From IMG/VR virus record IMGVR_UViG_2565956520_000001: a stretch of DNA of 64,000 nt, one strand, 5' to 3'. The notes below the pieces were generated by a model. It was not told the DNA's origin, made no database searches, and worked only from the letters and a program-made list of their open reading frames with translations. Every line of letters begins with the position of its first letter. Positions within the stretch are counted from its first letter, which is position 1. Source of the DNA: a virus (Duplodnaviria; Caudoviricetes). A program made the position numbers and the translations under genes. Shown here piece after piece: positions 1-8,537 of this stretch.

Positions 1-95
1 ATTCTTCTGAATACTTTCGATTACTCATGAGTATTTCTCCTGCATGAGCTGACTTTAACCTCTCGAGCCGTGTCCGTCATCTATAGAGCACTTCA
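1..95 (-). mobile_element. Left end of an IS3-family insertion sequence (IRL plus start of orfA), running off the window
   Basis: The minus strand from 95 reads TGAAGTGCTCTATAGATGACGGACAC, i.e. TGA-N17-GGACAC as in the IS3 left IR. An AGGAG RBS and ATG at 28 then give MSNRKYSEE..., a typical IS3 OrfA start. Confidence 0.7.
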
Positions 96-295
96 GTCAT
101 TACCCCTGTGAGAGTGGCAAAACCAAACCCCCTACTAAGAGATTGAACAGGTTATTTGAGGGGTCCGTTTTTGTGCACTATAAAATGTTTTTACCACTGG
201 TCCGTAAAACAGCACTGATAACAGCTCTTTCAAGCTCAAGATTATGGGGAGGTGCAGATGTGTTCATGGGCGTACCTCAAAACACATTTCTGTAT

Positions 296-317
296 TTTGG
301 GTAGCATTTGGGTAGCA
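296..317 (+). repeat. Two tandem TTTGGGTAGCA repeats, putative integrase arm-type sites of the element 2 type
   Basis: Direct repeats at 296-306 and 307-317. The same 11-mer recurs at 40194-40234 just upstream of the element 2 integrase. Confidence 0.7.
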
Positions 318-319
318 AA

Positions 320-358
320 AATAAAAGGGTTTACGATGCTTTTGCAACGTAAACCCTT
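320..358 (-). terminator. Rho-independent terminator downstream of the tRNA 3' fragment
   Basis: Inverted repeat AAGGGTTTACG (325-335) / CGTAAACCCTT (348-358) followed by a T-rich run on the minus strand. Confidence 0.7.
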
Positions 359-366
359 GAATTATC

Positions 367-411
367 TGGTGGGCAATACAAGATTCGAACTTGTGGCTTC
401 CAGCTCCGGAG
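367..411 (-). repeat. Left attachment core: 3' half of tRNA-Arg(CCG) (anticodon loop to CCA)
   Basis: 45 bp identical to 40034-40078. The minus strand reads CTCCGGA (CCG anticodon loop), T-arm ACAAG-TTCGAAT-CTTGT, acceptor strand ATTGCCC-A-CCA. No tRNA 5' half is adjacent. Confidence 0.9.
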
Positions 412-493
412 TCCACGAAAGGGAATGTGCATCATGTTAATTCAGCGAGTTAACACCCATTCTATTCCCTTGAAATATGGTTATTGCTGGTGG

Positions 494-528
494 AAAGGTG
501 AGTAAATCGTGAGTAGAATTTTGACTCA
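494..528 (+). repeat. Prophage 1 integrase arm-type sites (left end)
   Basis: AAAGGTGAGTAAA (494-506), GTGAGTAG (509-516) and an inverted GACTCA (523-528). The same arrangement occurs at 39965-40006. Confidence 0.65.
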
Positions 529-546
529 TTTTCCATAAGTTTTAAT

Positions 547-1269
547 TCATATCTGGTACACTTCCTCACTGCACTTAAAAGTAGGTATTTGTAATTTATT
601 CTCCATATACAACCTAACGGCAGGCTTTAGAATAAAATAAAATTTTTCGATTCTATGGTAGTCATGAAAAGTATGAACATTGATACTATCCTTACCGTGC
701 GCGACAGCACAACGTCCTTGCCTCCACATATCAATTGAAAGCTGTTCAGCATCATCATACTGTTTCTTTACCAAATACTCTTTTAACCACCTTGACCTTT
801 GCTTACCATCCATGCCTATTTCAAGAATTTTAAATAAACCAAGATACTTAAAAAAAATACTATTACTGCTTATAGCTTCTTTATAAAGACCTAAAGCAAG
901 AAGCTGTTCATCTGTTTTTTTTGAATACGAATAACTTTCAAGGTCAACAGGTACACGGCTCCTGCTATGCCCCACAAAATCGGTTATCCCTTTTATTGGA
1001 ATTGAACCACCTGTATGCATAATATCATATATCGCAACATCAAATAGCCATGAAAATTCACTCAAAAACATCCTGCCAGCGATATGAGCCTGATGCTCTT
1101 TATGTGATTTTATGATGATTTGATTAGACAATGCTCTCGGATTTCGGGCTTCATCTTCCCTCTCAATCTTCTCCCTAACAATTTTTAAACTATACTCGCC
1201 ATAAGGAATTCTTATTTCTTCTTGCTTCAAGTAAGCCGCTGAATCAAACGCAATAACAGAAAACATCAC
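547..1269 (-). CDS. HEPN/MauJ-like protein (moron, candidate RNase effector)
   Basis: 240 aa, AT-rich. Helical C-terminal part LGLYKEAISSNS...YLGLFKILE followed by an R-x4-H motif (RCAVAH). Confidence 0.55.
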   Translation of the reverse strand: MMFSVIAFDSAAYLKQEEIRIPYGEYSLKIVREKIEREDEARNPRALSNQIIIKSHKEHQAHIAGRMFLSEFSWLFDVAIYDIMHTGGSIPIKGITDFVGHSRSRVPVDLESYSYSKKTDEQLLALGLYKEAISSNSIFFKYLGLFKILEIGMDGKQRSRWLKEYLVKKQYDDAEQLSIDMWRQGRCAVAHGKDSINVHTFHDYHRIEKFYFILKPAVRLYMENKLQIPTFKCSEEVYQI

Positions 1270-1394
1270 AAATTCCCTACCTTATAATATCTTTATAGTA
1301 TTTCTCTTTTCCAATACCCACCCCACCATATTAATTCAACACAAAATTATAATTTCACATTGACAGACAAACATTACAGCATTACAGCTATACT

Positions 1395-1559
1395 ATGAAG
1401 AAAGAGCAAACCCTATTTTCTATGCGTTTAGACAAAGACCTTCACAAACGAATCAAAATCTTTTCCGCAGAGCAGGAAATGACCATCAAAGCCATGTTCA
1501 TAGAATGTATGGAAAAGCGAATGGCAGAGGCAAAGAAGAAAGAAAAAGACGAGAAGTAG
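1395..1559 (+). CDS. Small ribbon-helix-helix (Arc/ParG-like) regulator, 54 aa, missing from the ORF track
   Basis: Manual translation MKKEQTLFSMRLDKDLHKRIKIFSAEQEMTIKAMFIECMEKRMAEAKKKEKDEK. Paralog at 24608-24769. Confidence 0.75.
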   Translation: MKKEQTLFSMRLDKDLHKRIKIFSAEQEMTIKAMFIECMEKRMAEAKKKEKDEK

Positions 1560-1638
1560 CCCAAATAAAAACGGCCCGGAAAGGTGTTGAAGCACCAAAC
1601 CGAGCCTAACCACAAACGACCTTTACTGGAGGTACGTT

Positions 1639-2526
1639 ATGGCTGGAAAGAACGTAGCCAATTCACACACTTCTGACAACAGTTCAGTTGTCGGTTCCCC
1701 TACGCTTGTTATAGCAGACGGTAAGCCTGTTGTTTCATCCCTTACAATTGCCGAGCATTTTGGCAAACAACACAAGGATGTCCTGCGTAAAATTGAACTC
1801 CTTGATTTACCTGACGATTTCGGACAGCGCAATTTTGCGCCGTCCTCTTACGTCAATGCTCAGAACAAAAAACAGCCTTCCTTCAACCTCACCCGTGACG
1901 GCTTCGCCTACCTAGTAATGGGCTTCACAGGCAAAAAAGCATCAGCATGGAAAATTAGCTACCTTGAAGCTTTTAATGCAATGGAACAAGAACTGTTGCA
2001 AAAGCAAGCTAACACCAACGTATACATAGGCAAAATCGAAGCAGAGCATCCGCTATGGTACAACCATATTAATATGTTCGTTCAAAACGAATGCTGCCCT
2101 GCTCCTGACAGCACAATTTCAAAAGATGATATCTACACCCATTATTGCAACTTTTGCACTCGCAATAATGTTTCGCCAGTTCACCGCGCCCGTCTATTTA
2201 CGACTTTATATTGTCTCACAACCTATGTTCGTGAAACCCGTCCAAGAGTAAACGGAAAGCGGCCTCGTATTTTGGCAAATATTGCCATTACTCCACAACT
2301 GGAAGCTGTTTCAAAACTTTCACTTCGTGACAATCCGCCACCAAAAGTTGTGCAAAAAGCCGAGCCAGTAAGCTATAGCCATGTTCCACAGAACACGAAT
2401 TTAGCCACAGCAAAAAAAGTCATGCTCAAAAATCTGGAACAATTGCCGAGAGCAGAACGCCAAGCAATGCTAATGGCCTACGATGCCCTTATAGAAGCTG
2501 AACATATTTTGAATGGGGAGGCATAA
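1639..2526 (+). CDS. rha: Rha-family phage regulator with a C-terminal primase-like winged-helix domain
   Basis: N-terminal VVSSLTIAEHFGKQHKDVLRKI...LTRDGFAYLVMGFTGKKA..WK..Y..AFN.ME is the Rha signature. GGAGG RBS upstream. Confidence 0.85.
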   Translation: MAGKNVANSHTSDNSSVVGSPTLVIADGKPVVSSLTIAEHFGKQHKDVLRKIELLDLPDDFGQRNFAPSSYVNAQNKKQPSFNLTRDGFAYLVMGFTGKKASAWKISYLEAFNAMEQELLQKQANTNVYIGKIEAEHPLWYNHINMFVQNECCPAPDSTISKDDIYTHYCNFCTRNNVSPVHRARLFTTLYCLTTYVRETRPRVNGKRPRILANIAITPQLEAVSKLSLRDNPPPKVVQKAEPVSYSHVPQNTNLATAKKVMLKNLEQLPRAERQAMLMAYDALIEAEHILNGEA

Positions 2527-2527
2527 G

Positions 2528-2767
2528 ATGAATAGTGATGATTTATGCCACCACGTTTCGGATATGATGTCAGCGGCTTGTTCTCTCGAATACTTGCGAG
2601 ATCAAATGGAACAGGAACACCGCTATGGTGAAGCTTACATATTGGACTTAATACGGAAGACAATATCAGAGGGAGCCGAAGCTTTTAGTATGTACGAAGT
2701 GGAGGAACAAGTGAAGAAGGCGGGGAAGGGAAAACCTGCGGGGGGTCTGGAGTTGGTGCGGAAGTAA
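2528..2767 (+). CDS. Hypothetical protein, 79 aa (paralog of 23419-23658)
   Basis: Starts immediately after the rha stop codon. Strongly similar to the 23419-23658 product. Confidence 0.7.
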   Translation: MNSDDLCHHVSDMMSAACSLEYLRDQMEQEHRYGEAYILDLIRKTISEGAEAFSMYEVEEQVKKAGKGKPAGGLELVRK

Positions 2768-2770
2768 AAA

Positions 2771-2806
2771 AATCCCCCTCTAAAACAATCATTTTAGAGG
2801 GGGATT
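2771..2806. terminator. Bidirectional terminator hairpin
   Basis: Perfect 15-bp stem AATCCCCCTCTAAAA / TTTTAGAGGGGGATT with a 6-nt loop, between convergent genes. Confidence 0.8.
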
Positions 2807-2809
2807 ACT

Positions 2810-3451
2810 CTATCTACAGTCAATGCCTAAGAAATTTTTGCAAACACTGAGAAGTCCCTCTCTTAAAACATCATTTCTTTTAAAGATCTCTTGAATTAAA
2901 TCAATTTCACCGTACATCCCTTCATTACAATTAACTTCAATTTCTGACTCTTTTTGGAAATACGATTCGATTTCAGCACGGAAAAGGCTAGGCAAAAAAC
3001 AACTATATACGGACTTTAACTGTTTCAATTTTAGATTAAAATCCTTCAAAAAAGAATCATCTGGAACGGTTTCCAATTGAATACTCGGATCATTGAATGC
3101 CCCTGTGCTTACTAATATATTATGCTCAAGAGTGCTATAATAGTTATCTGCTTCATCTATAAGTTTTAATAAATCAATAAAAAAACTTTTACTAGTATCC
3201 CATAAGCGAGACTGCTTTTGCCATCTCAAATGCTCATAGTTAATCCACCCCGCAATGCAAGCGACTATTAACATAAAGAAACTACTTAAGATGCTAAGAT
3301 AATCCTTTGCTTCAACATCACCATTTGGTCCCGTAAAATATAAAATAAAAGCAGTTCCAGAAATTATACCCAGTACAAATAAAAATACTGAGTGATACGT
3401 CGGTTTAATCAATCTCATGTGTAAAAGCTCCGTTAGTTCGATTTGCTTCAT
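2810..3451 (-). CDS. AT-rich moron: hypothetical protein with two N-terminal TM helices
   Basis: 213-aa ORF with hydrophobic segments VFLFVLGIISGTAFILYF and YLSILSSFFMLIVACIAGWI. Composition differs from the adjacent tail genes. Confidence 0.65.
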   Translation of the reverse strand: MKQIELTELLHMRLIKPTYHSVFLFVLGIISGTAFILYFTGPNGDVEAKDYLSILSSFFMLIVACIAGWINYEHLRWQKQSRLWDTSKSFFIDLLKLIDEADNYYSTLEHNILVSTGAFNDPSIQLETVPDDSFLKDFNLKLKQLKSVYSCFLPSLFRAEIESYFQKESEIEVNCNEGMYGEIDLIQEIFKRNDVLREGLLSVCKNFLGIDCR

Positions 3452-3497
3452 CCTTAATTACATAATTGAAATCTATATGTTAAGACTTTTATATATA

Positions 3498-4481
3498 TTA
3501 AATTCTCTCTCCCTCAACACTAGTAACATACCCACCACTCCCCAATTTATGAGTCGCACGGGTAACACTCCAAAGACCATTAACCCCATCACGAAAACCA
3601 GAAAGCGAAAGCCTACACTCTGCCCTTAGCTCTGGCCTTCCCGGAAGGCTTACCGAAAGGGATTGCTTACCCCTTTGGAAAGCCTCTAGTTTAGCCTTTG
3701 CCGCTTTTGCCGCCGCTTCAAATGTTGGATAAATATGTCTAATGCGGTGAACTGGTTCCCCTGCTCCTGCAATCTCTTCAATATCTTTCGCGGATTCAAC
3801 AGAACGCCAGATAGCAACAACCTGATTATAGTCAGAACGAGCAGTTATATTTACGCGGTAATTTGTAACTTCTGAAGGGATCAGGGCCACGGTAGGCATC
3901 GCCTTGCCGGAAATAGTTTTACCCTGCCCTTTGTGAGCAAATACAAGCTTGCCACCGTTAGCCTTTGCTATGGCATCATGATCCGCCGCTATGCGGGTAA
4001 GCAGGTGCATATCTGATTCGTTTATCTGGTCGATATGCGGTAACCCTACGCCGGACAAATCAGAAGCAACGGCAGGGTCAAGCCCGTGGTCGGCTCCGAC
4101 GGTTGCCACCAATGCGCCTATAGTCTGCGGAAGCCATGAGCGAGTTTTCTGCGTTTGAAGATGGGAATAGGCCGCGCTCTTTTCCTGCGGTGCGCCAGCC
4201 GCTTTTATGTCCATTTTATCCGGCGGACCGGAAAGCGAAATTTCGTCCGAAACATACAGCCCCATGAAGGTTGCCGCCTGTCCGTACCCTAGCCATACTT
4301 TAAGTTGTCCACCTGCTTTCGGTAGCTTGTAGCCTCTGTCATGCAGGGAAATAGCCAAAGAATCAGACTTAACACCAGCTTCATCAGTTATGGTCAGAGA
4401 TATTAAATTTTCGCGAATGGCTTCGGTTATATCGTTGCCGTCGGCTTCAACTCTATATGCGGGCTTGTGCTTTAATCCCAT
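3498..4481 (-). CDS. Phage late control D / baseplate hub (P2 gpD-like)
   Basis: ITDEAGVKSDSLAISLHDR, VDEISLSGPPD and HIDQINESDMHLLTRIA motifs. Position after gpX and gpU. Confidence 0.85.
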   Translation of the reverse strand: MGLKHKPAYRVEADGNDITEAIRENLISLTITDEAGVKSDSLAISLHDRGYKLPKAGGQLKVWLGYGQAATFMGLYVSDEISLSGPPDKMDIKAAGAPQEKSAAYSHLQTQKTRSWLPQTIGALVATVGADHGLDPAVASDLSGVGLPHIDQINESDMHLLTRIAADHDAIAKANGGKLVFAHKGQGKTISGKAMPTVALIPSEVTNYRVNITARSDYNQVVAIWRSVESAKDIEEIAGAGEPVHRIRHIYPTFEAAAKAAKAKLEAFQRGKQSLSVSLPGRPELRAECRLSLSGFRDGVNGLWSVTRATHKLGSGGYVTSVEGERI

Positions 4482-4672
4482 AAGCTTATTCCTTGATCCG
4501 GTTCCGGCGTGGCAATTTCTGGCAAATTGATTTCAATGCCAGCTTCTAAAGTAGTACCCTTATCAGCAAGACCGGGATTAGCTTCAAGCACGATTACAAC
4601 CGCAGATTCAAAACCGTAATAGTCAAAACATATCCGGTCTAAAATATCGCCGTCTTTAGTTCTGTATATCAT
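4472..4672 (-). CDS. Tail protein X (P2 gpX-like)
   Basis: YRTKDGDILDRICFDYYG...VLEANPGLA...I.LP...LWD pattern. Confidence 0.85.
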   Translation of the reverse strand: MIYRTKDGDILDRICFDYYGFESAVVIVLEANPGLADKGTTLEAGIEINLPEIATPEPDQGISLWD

Positions 4673-5049
4673 TCTTCATACCGTTGAATCTTGAGAGTGA
4701 ATTCCATCTTGAGGGCAATGCCATCCTTTAAAAAAACACTGTCCTTTTCACCGACTGAAAGAATGCACCACTCGTCGTGAACATTACCCAGCCCGTCCAC
4801 CAGCATAAGCGGGTCGCCCTTCGCTTGCATTTTCCGCATTTTATCAATCTGCCCTAGACCGCCCTTGTAATGAGTGTAGATAACACCCGGCAAAGTAATT
4901 TCATCCTTGCCCGGCCCTAAATCCTGCATAGCGGCCCGTTTGCCAATACGCTCAATGGAGGCCCATTTCTGAGCCGTTGAACGTTGCAAAGTTTGATACG
5001 CGGCAGTATCAACACTGAAAATAAAATCGCCTAGTTTCAACATTCCCAT
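4669..5049 (-). CDS. Tail protein (P2 gpU-like)
   Basis: LGDFIFSVDTAAYQTLQRS...W...R.GKR...Q.LGPG.DEITL.G pattern. Confidence 0.85.
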   Translation of the reverse strand: MGMLKLGDFIFSVDTAAYQTLQRSTAQKWASIERIGKRAAMQDLGPGKDEITLPGVIYTHYKGGLGQIDKMRKMQAKGDPLMLVDGLGNVHDEWCILSVGEKDSVFLKDGIALKMEFTLKIQRYEE

Positions 5050-5058
5050 AAGCTATCC

Positions 5059-7659
5059 TTAGTCATGCATGGCAAGTCGTGAATTATCTCGGTCCTGCTC
5101 GTTCATTTTTTCGACAACCAGATTTGCAATATCTTCTTCAGATTGCCCCGGAGCGGAATTAATAACTATATTATTATGCTGGGTGCGCTGGTTATTATTG
5201 CGTGTAGAGGGCTGCACTGTATCGGGCACACGGATTTCCTTACCTTTAGCTGCACCGACTTCGGGTGTTGCTGTTTCAGATGCGCCGACTTCAGGCATTT
5301 CACCCTGTTTCAATCCATGCTTATCCCTAATACGTGTAGCCTTTTCCTTTTCTTCGTCTGAAGTCTGCATGTAGTAATCCTGCATAAGCTGATCGGCATC
5401 GTTATGGGCAGACTCGGCCAATTTGCGAAAATGCTCAGCGTTCAAATCCGCCTCTGCAAGTTGCTTTTTCTCACGTGCAGTCATGTTGCCAACTCCTGAT
5501 ACTGTTGAGCCGACTTCGGGTATTGCTGTTTCGGTTGCTGGAGCTTCGGTTACGCCGACTTCAGACTTTTCACCCTGTTTCAATCCATACTTATCCCTAA
5601 TACGTGCAGCCTTTTCCTTTTCTTCTTCTGAAGTCTGCATGTAGTAATCCTGCATAAGCTGATCGGCATCGTTATGGGCAGACTCGGCCAATTTGCGAAA
5701 ATGCTCAGCGTTCAAATCCGCCTCTGCAAGTTGCTTTTTCTCGCGAGCAGTCATGTTGCCAACTCCTGATGCTGTCGAGCCGACTTCGGGACGGGCATCA
5801 ACCGGATCAAGCAAGGCGGATGAGTCAGCAACCGCCGTGCCGACTTCAGGTGATTCTTTTGATCTAACTTTCGACTTTTCCTTATCCTCTTCATCATCAC
5901 CAAAGCCGAAAAAGCTTGCGACACTGGAAACAGCATCCCCAATACCTCCAAAAAGAGCGGAAGCCTTGTCACCTATCCAACCGAACAAATCACCAATCCA
6001 CGCCTTGATAGGTTCCCAATGCTGAATAACCAGCCCCAATGGGGTAAAGTTCATAAAAATGGACTTAATAAAATCAAACCCTGATGAAACAGCATCACCA
6101 ATCATCGAACCAATATTACAGAAAAAATCGCAAATCGGATCCCAATACTTCCAAACAAGCAACGCCACACCGATTACAGCAGCAATAGCAAGGCCAATAG
6201 GGTTAGCCATTACAGCCAGACCTATAGATCTTATTCCGCTAACGATTGCGGGGAAATACGATGAAACTAAAGGTATAATGGCCTTGCCCACCGTGAAAAG
6301 ATTAGTTGCAAACCGCCCAATTCCAAACGCGGCCTTAACTCCAAAGGCAAGCCCAATAATAATAGCCAAATTATCAAATCCACCAACCAGTGAAGCCACA
6401 GTAGAAACGACGCTTCCTATGCTTGAAACAACGGTATAGATCCCGCGTCCAAATGCCAGAAAGCCCGGAATAGCATTTTTTACAGCATCCCCTATGCCGA
6501 TCAAATCCTTTTTATGAGACTTCACCCAATCGGCAAGTTTTGGGCCATATTCATCAACAAGCGGAGCTAGTGCGCCCCCAATCAAGCCTGAAACTTCCGA
6601 CGCACAAGACCCCACAACTGTAGTAAGATGTGAAAAAGCAGTATTGTATGCAGATGCTCCAGCCCGCCCTTCGTCTGACATGACATTCAAACGCTTTTGC
6701 TGGGCAAGCAAAGCATTAATACCTTCCTTACGAGACCTGATATAACCGAAGAATTTATTAGCTTCACCACCGAAAATCATATCTGCCGCAGACACAGCCT
6801 GTTGCTGATCAGGCACATCTTTCATAGCTTTAGATATTTTTTCAAACTGTTCTTCAGGGCTTAAACCTTTAATTTCCTCATAGGACAATCCGAGCATGTC
6901 CAAGCCGTCTTTAACAGCGGTAACCTCTTCAACCCCGGCAGATTCACCGAGCTTGTTATTCATTTCCTCAAAAAGGTCACCAACAGTGTCTACTTCAAAC
7001 CCTGCTTCTTTCGCTATCCCGCCCCAAGCTTGCAACTTTTCAGCGGAGACCCCAAGAGAAGCAGCAAGGGCAACCTGTTCCCCAGTAGCCTTATTCGCCA
7101 TTGTGACCGCCGCGCCAATCACCCCAACGCCAGCGGCAACACCAGCACCAACACGAGCCGCGCTACCTATTTGGCTTTTCATCTTTCCGCCCGCTTCCAT
7201 AGCGCGATTAAGGCGGTCCATTTTATCTTTTGCTTTATCTAGCTCAGTTGAAAGACGGCGATGCTCCCCGGCAAGGTTATGAGTTGAAACTCCAGCCTTT
7301 TTCAAAGATTTGCTCATACTTTCGAGCTTATCGCGCCCAGCCTTATAAGCTTTGCCCGCTTTTTTAGCGGCTGCTTCGGCGCGGGCCAACTCCGCCGCCA
7401 TCTTTCTAGTGGGCTTAGCTGTGGCTTCGTACTCCTTACGCAACTTAGCAGCATCACGCCGCAGGGCGCGATATTCCTTGCCCATTTTACGAACACCTTG
7501 AGGATCGTACTTTTCTAACAAATCGAGCTTTTTCTTTGCATCCCGGACAGCATCGCCTACATCGGAAAGATCACCGCCCAAGACCTTAATGCTTGAGCGC
7601 AAAGATTCTTTCACGGCTCCGCCAATTTCAACTACTGCGGAAAACTTTTTACTTGCCAC
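5059..7659 (-). CDS. Tail tape measure protein
   Basis: 866 aa: Ala/Lys coiled-coil N-terminus, hydrophobic Gly-rich middle and W-containing repeats. Follows the tail chaperones. Confidence 0.88.
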   Translation of the reverse strand: MASKKFSAVVEIGGAVKESLRSSIKVLGGDLSDVGDAVRDAKKKLDLLEKYDPQGVRKMGKEYRALRRDAAKLRKEYEATAKPTRKMAAELARAEAAAKKAGKAYKAGRDKLESMSKSLKKAGVSTHNLAGEHRRLSTELDKAKDKMDRLNRAMEAGGKMKSQIGSAARVGAGVAAGVGVIGAAVTMANKATGEQVALAASLGVSAEKLQAWGGIAKEAGFEVDTVGDLFEEMNNKLGESAGVEEVTAVKDGLDMLGLSYEEIKGLSPEEQFEKISKAMKDVPDQQQAVSAADMIFGGEANKFFGYIRSRKEGINALLAQQKRLNVMSDEGRAGASAYNTAFSHLTTVVGSCASEVSGLIGGALAPLVDEYGPKLADWVKSHKKDLIGIGDAVKNAIPGFLAFGRGIYTVVSSIGSVVSTVASLVGGFDNLAIIIGLAFGVKAAFGIGRFATNLFTVGKAIIPLVSSYFPAIVSGIRSIGLAVMANPIGLAIAAVIGVALLVWKYWDPICDFFCNIGSMIGDAVSSGFDFIKSIFMNFTPLGLVIQHWEPIKAWIGDLFGWIGDKASALFGGIGDAVSSVASFFGFGDDEEDKEKSKVRSKESPEVGTAVADSSALLDPVDARPEVGSTASGVGNMTAREKKQLAEADLNAEHFRKLAESAHNDADQLMQDYYMQTSEEEKEKAARIRDKYGLKQGEKSEVGVTEAPATETAIPEVGSTVSGVGNMTAREKKQLAEADLNAEHFRKLAESAHNDADQLMQDYYMQTSDEEKEKATRIRDKHGLKQGEMPEVGASETATPEVGAAKGKEIRVPDTVQPSTRNNNQRTQHNNIVINSAPGQSEEDIANLVVEKMNEQDRDNSRLAMHD
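5283..5790. repeat. In-frame tandem duplication within the tape measure gene (two copies of about 238 bp, period 270 bp)
   Basis: 5283-5520 versus 5553-5790, about 9 mismatches by manual count. Both copies encode MTAREKKQLAEADLNAEHFRKLAESAHNDADQLMQDYYMQTS. Confidence 0.9.
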
Positions 7660-7798
7660 CTTGCAACCTCACTGCCTCATACAAATCATCAAGAAAGACT
7701 TCTGTGTCCATGTCCATAAGTTCGGCACGGCTCCAGCCCGTAAAATGGGCAAGGACCAGAACACCGCGCCGAACTTCAACAGGACTTAAGACAAAAAA
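7649..7798 (-). CDS. Tail chaperone -1 frameshift extension (P2 gpE+E'-like)
   Basis: Slippery T TTT TTG at 7798-7792 just before the chaperone stop. The -1 frame continues ...VLAHFTGWSRAELMDMD, typical of E'. Confidence 0.75.
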   Translation of the reverse strand, partial: FFVLSPVEVRRGVLVLAHFTGWSRAELMDMDTEVFLDDLYEAVRLQGGK

Positions 7799-8025
7799 TC
7801 GCGATACACTTGCTGAAGCTTGGAATAGTCTTTCATATCCATTTCTTCGATTACAGCCGGAGCAACTTCGCAAAGATTCGCAAAAAGCAGAACCTCTAGT
7901 TCGTCAGAAGATTTGCTAGTTTTTTTTGCTGTAATTTGATCTCGAACTTTCGGACGGCGCATTTCTAGTTTTTCAATTTTCCCGCCATTATCTTCAACCG
8001 GATATTCAAGTTTAATAGTAGTCAT
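7786..8025 (-). CDS. Tail assembly chaperone (gpE-like)
   Basis: IKLEYPV...LEMRRPKVRD...LFANLC...IEEMDMKDY..LQ pattern, located between the tube and tape measure genes. Confidence 0.85.
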   Translation of the reverse strand: MTTIKLEYPVEDNGGKIEKLEMRRPKVRDQITAKKTSKSSDELEVLLFANLCEVAPAVIEEMDMKDYSKLQQVYRDFLS

Positions 8026-8027
8026 TT

Positions 8028-8537
8028 TTATAATCCTAATGAGTTGCGTCTTTCAGCAAGCTGGTCAGTTCCGTTAATAAATCTTTTCATGTTTGGGATA
8101 TCGATTTCATGAAGCACAACTCCATTCTGTTCACGCTTGTAATATTCAAGCTTCATGGAAAAAGTCTGATTATTCTTTTCGCCGGGCTTCCATGTTCCAT
8201 CTTCAATCTCAGTGATAATGCCACGTAAATTGACCACCACCGGAATGACAGAACCATCATATGATTCAAGAGAACCGCGCGCGGTGAGCTGTGTTTTCTC
8301 GCCGACGGAAACTCCCCATTTTGTAAGAACTTCGGGGAAATGCCCAGTCAGAATAAAAGAAGATTCAAGTGCTTCCATACCCATTTCAATAGGTACGGAT
8401 GAATCCATACCCCCGGCGCGGTGGTCCTCGGTTTTCAAGACAAGCTTCGGCGGCTTGAACTCCTCAATGTTCCCGGCAAATCCGTACCCATCTACAGTCA
8501 GATTTAAATCTTTTAAAACTTTATCTGCTACGCCCAT
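8028..8537 (-). CDS. Major tail tube protein (P2 FII-like)
   Basis: EDHRAGGMD...MGME.LE...EID..NM...NG.DQL...R..LG pattern. Confidence 0.9.
   Translation of the reverse strand: MGVADKVLKDLNLTVDGYGFAGNIEEFKPPKLVLKTEDHRAGGMDSSVPIEMGMEALESSFILTGHFPEVLTKWGVSVGEKTQLTARGSLESYDGSVIPVVVNLRGIITEIEDGTWKPGEKNNQTFSMKLEYYKREQNGVVLHEIDIPNMKRFINGTDQLAERRNSLGL

Noticed and set aside
367-411. Intact tRNA gene at either att copy
   Set aside because: Only the anticodon loop to CCA is present. The sequence to the right of both copies does not form a D-arm or 5' acceptor strand.
252-440. 62-aa ORF across the left att (and similar ORFs at 40058-40243)
   Set aside because: They translate arm repeats and tRNA-derived sequence and have no RBS or protein-like features.
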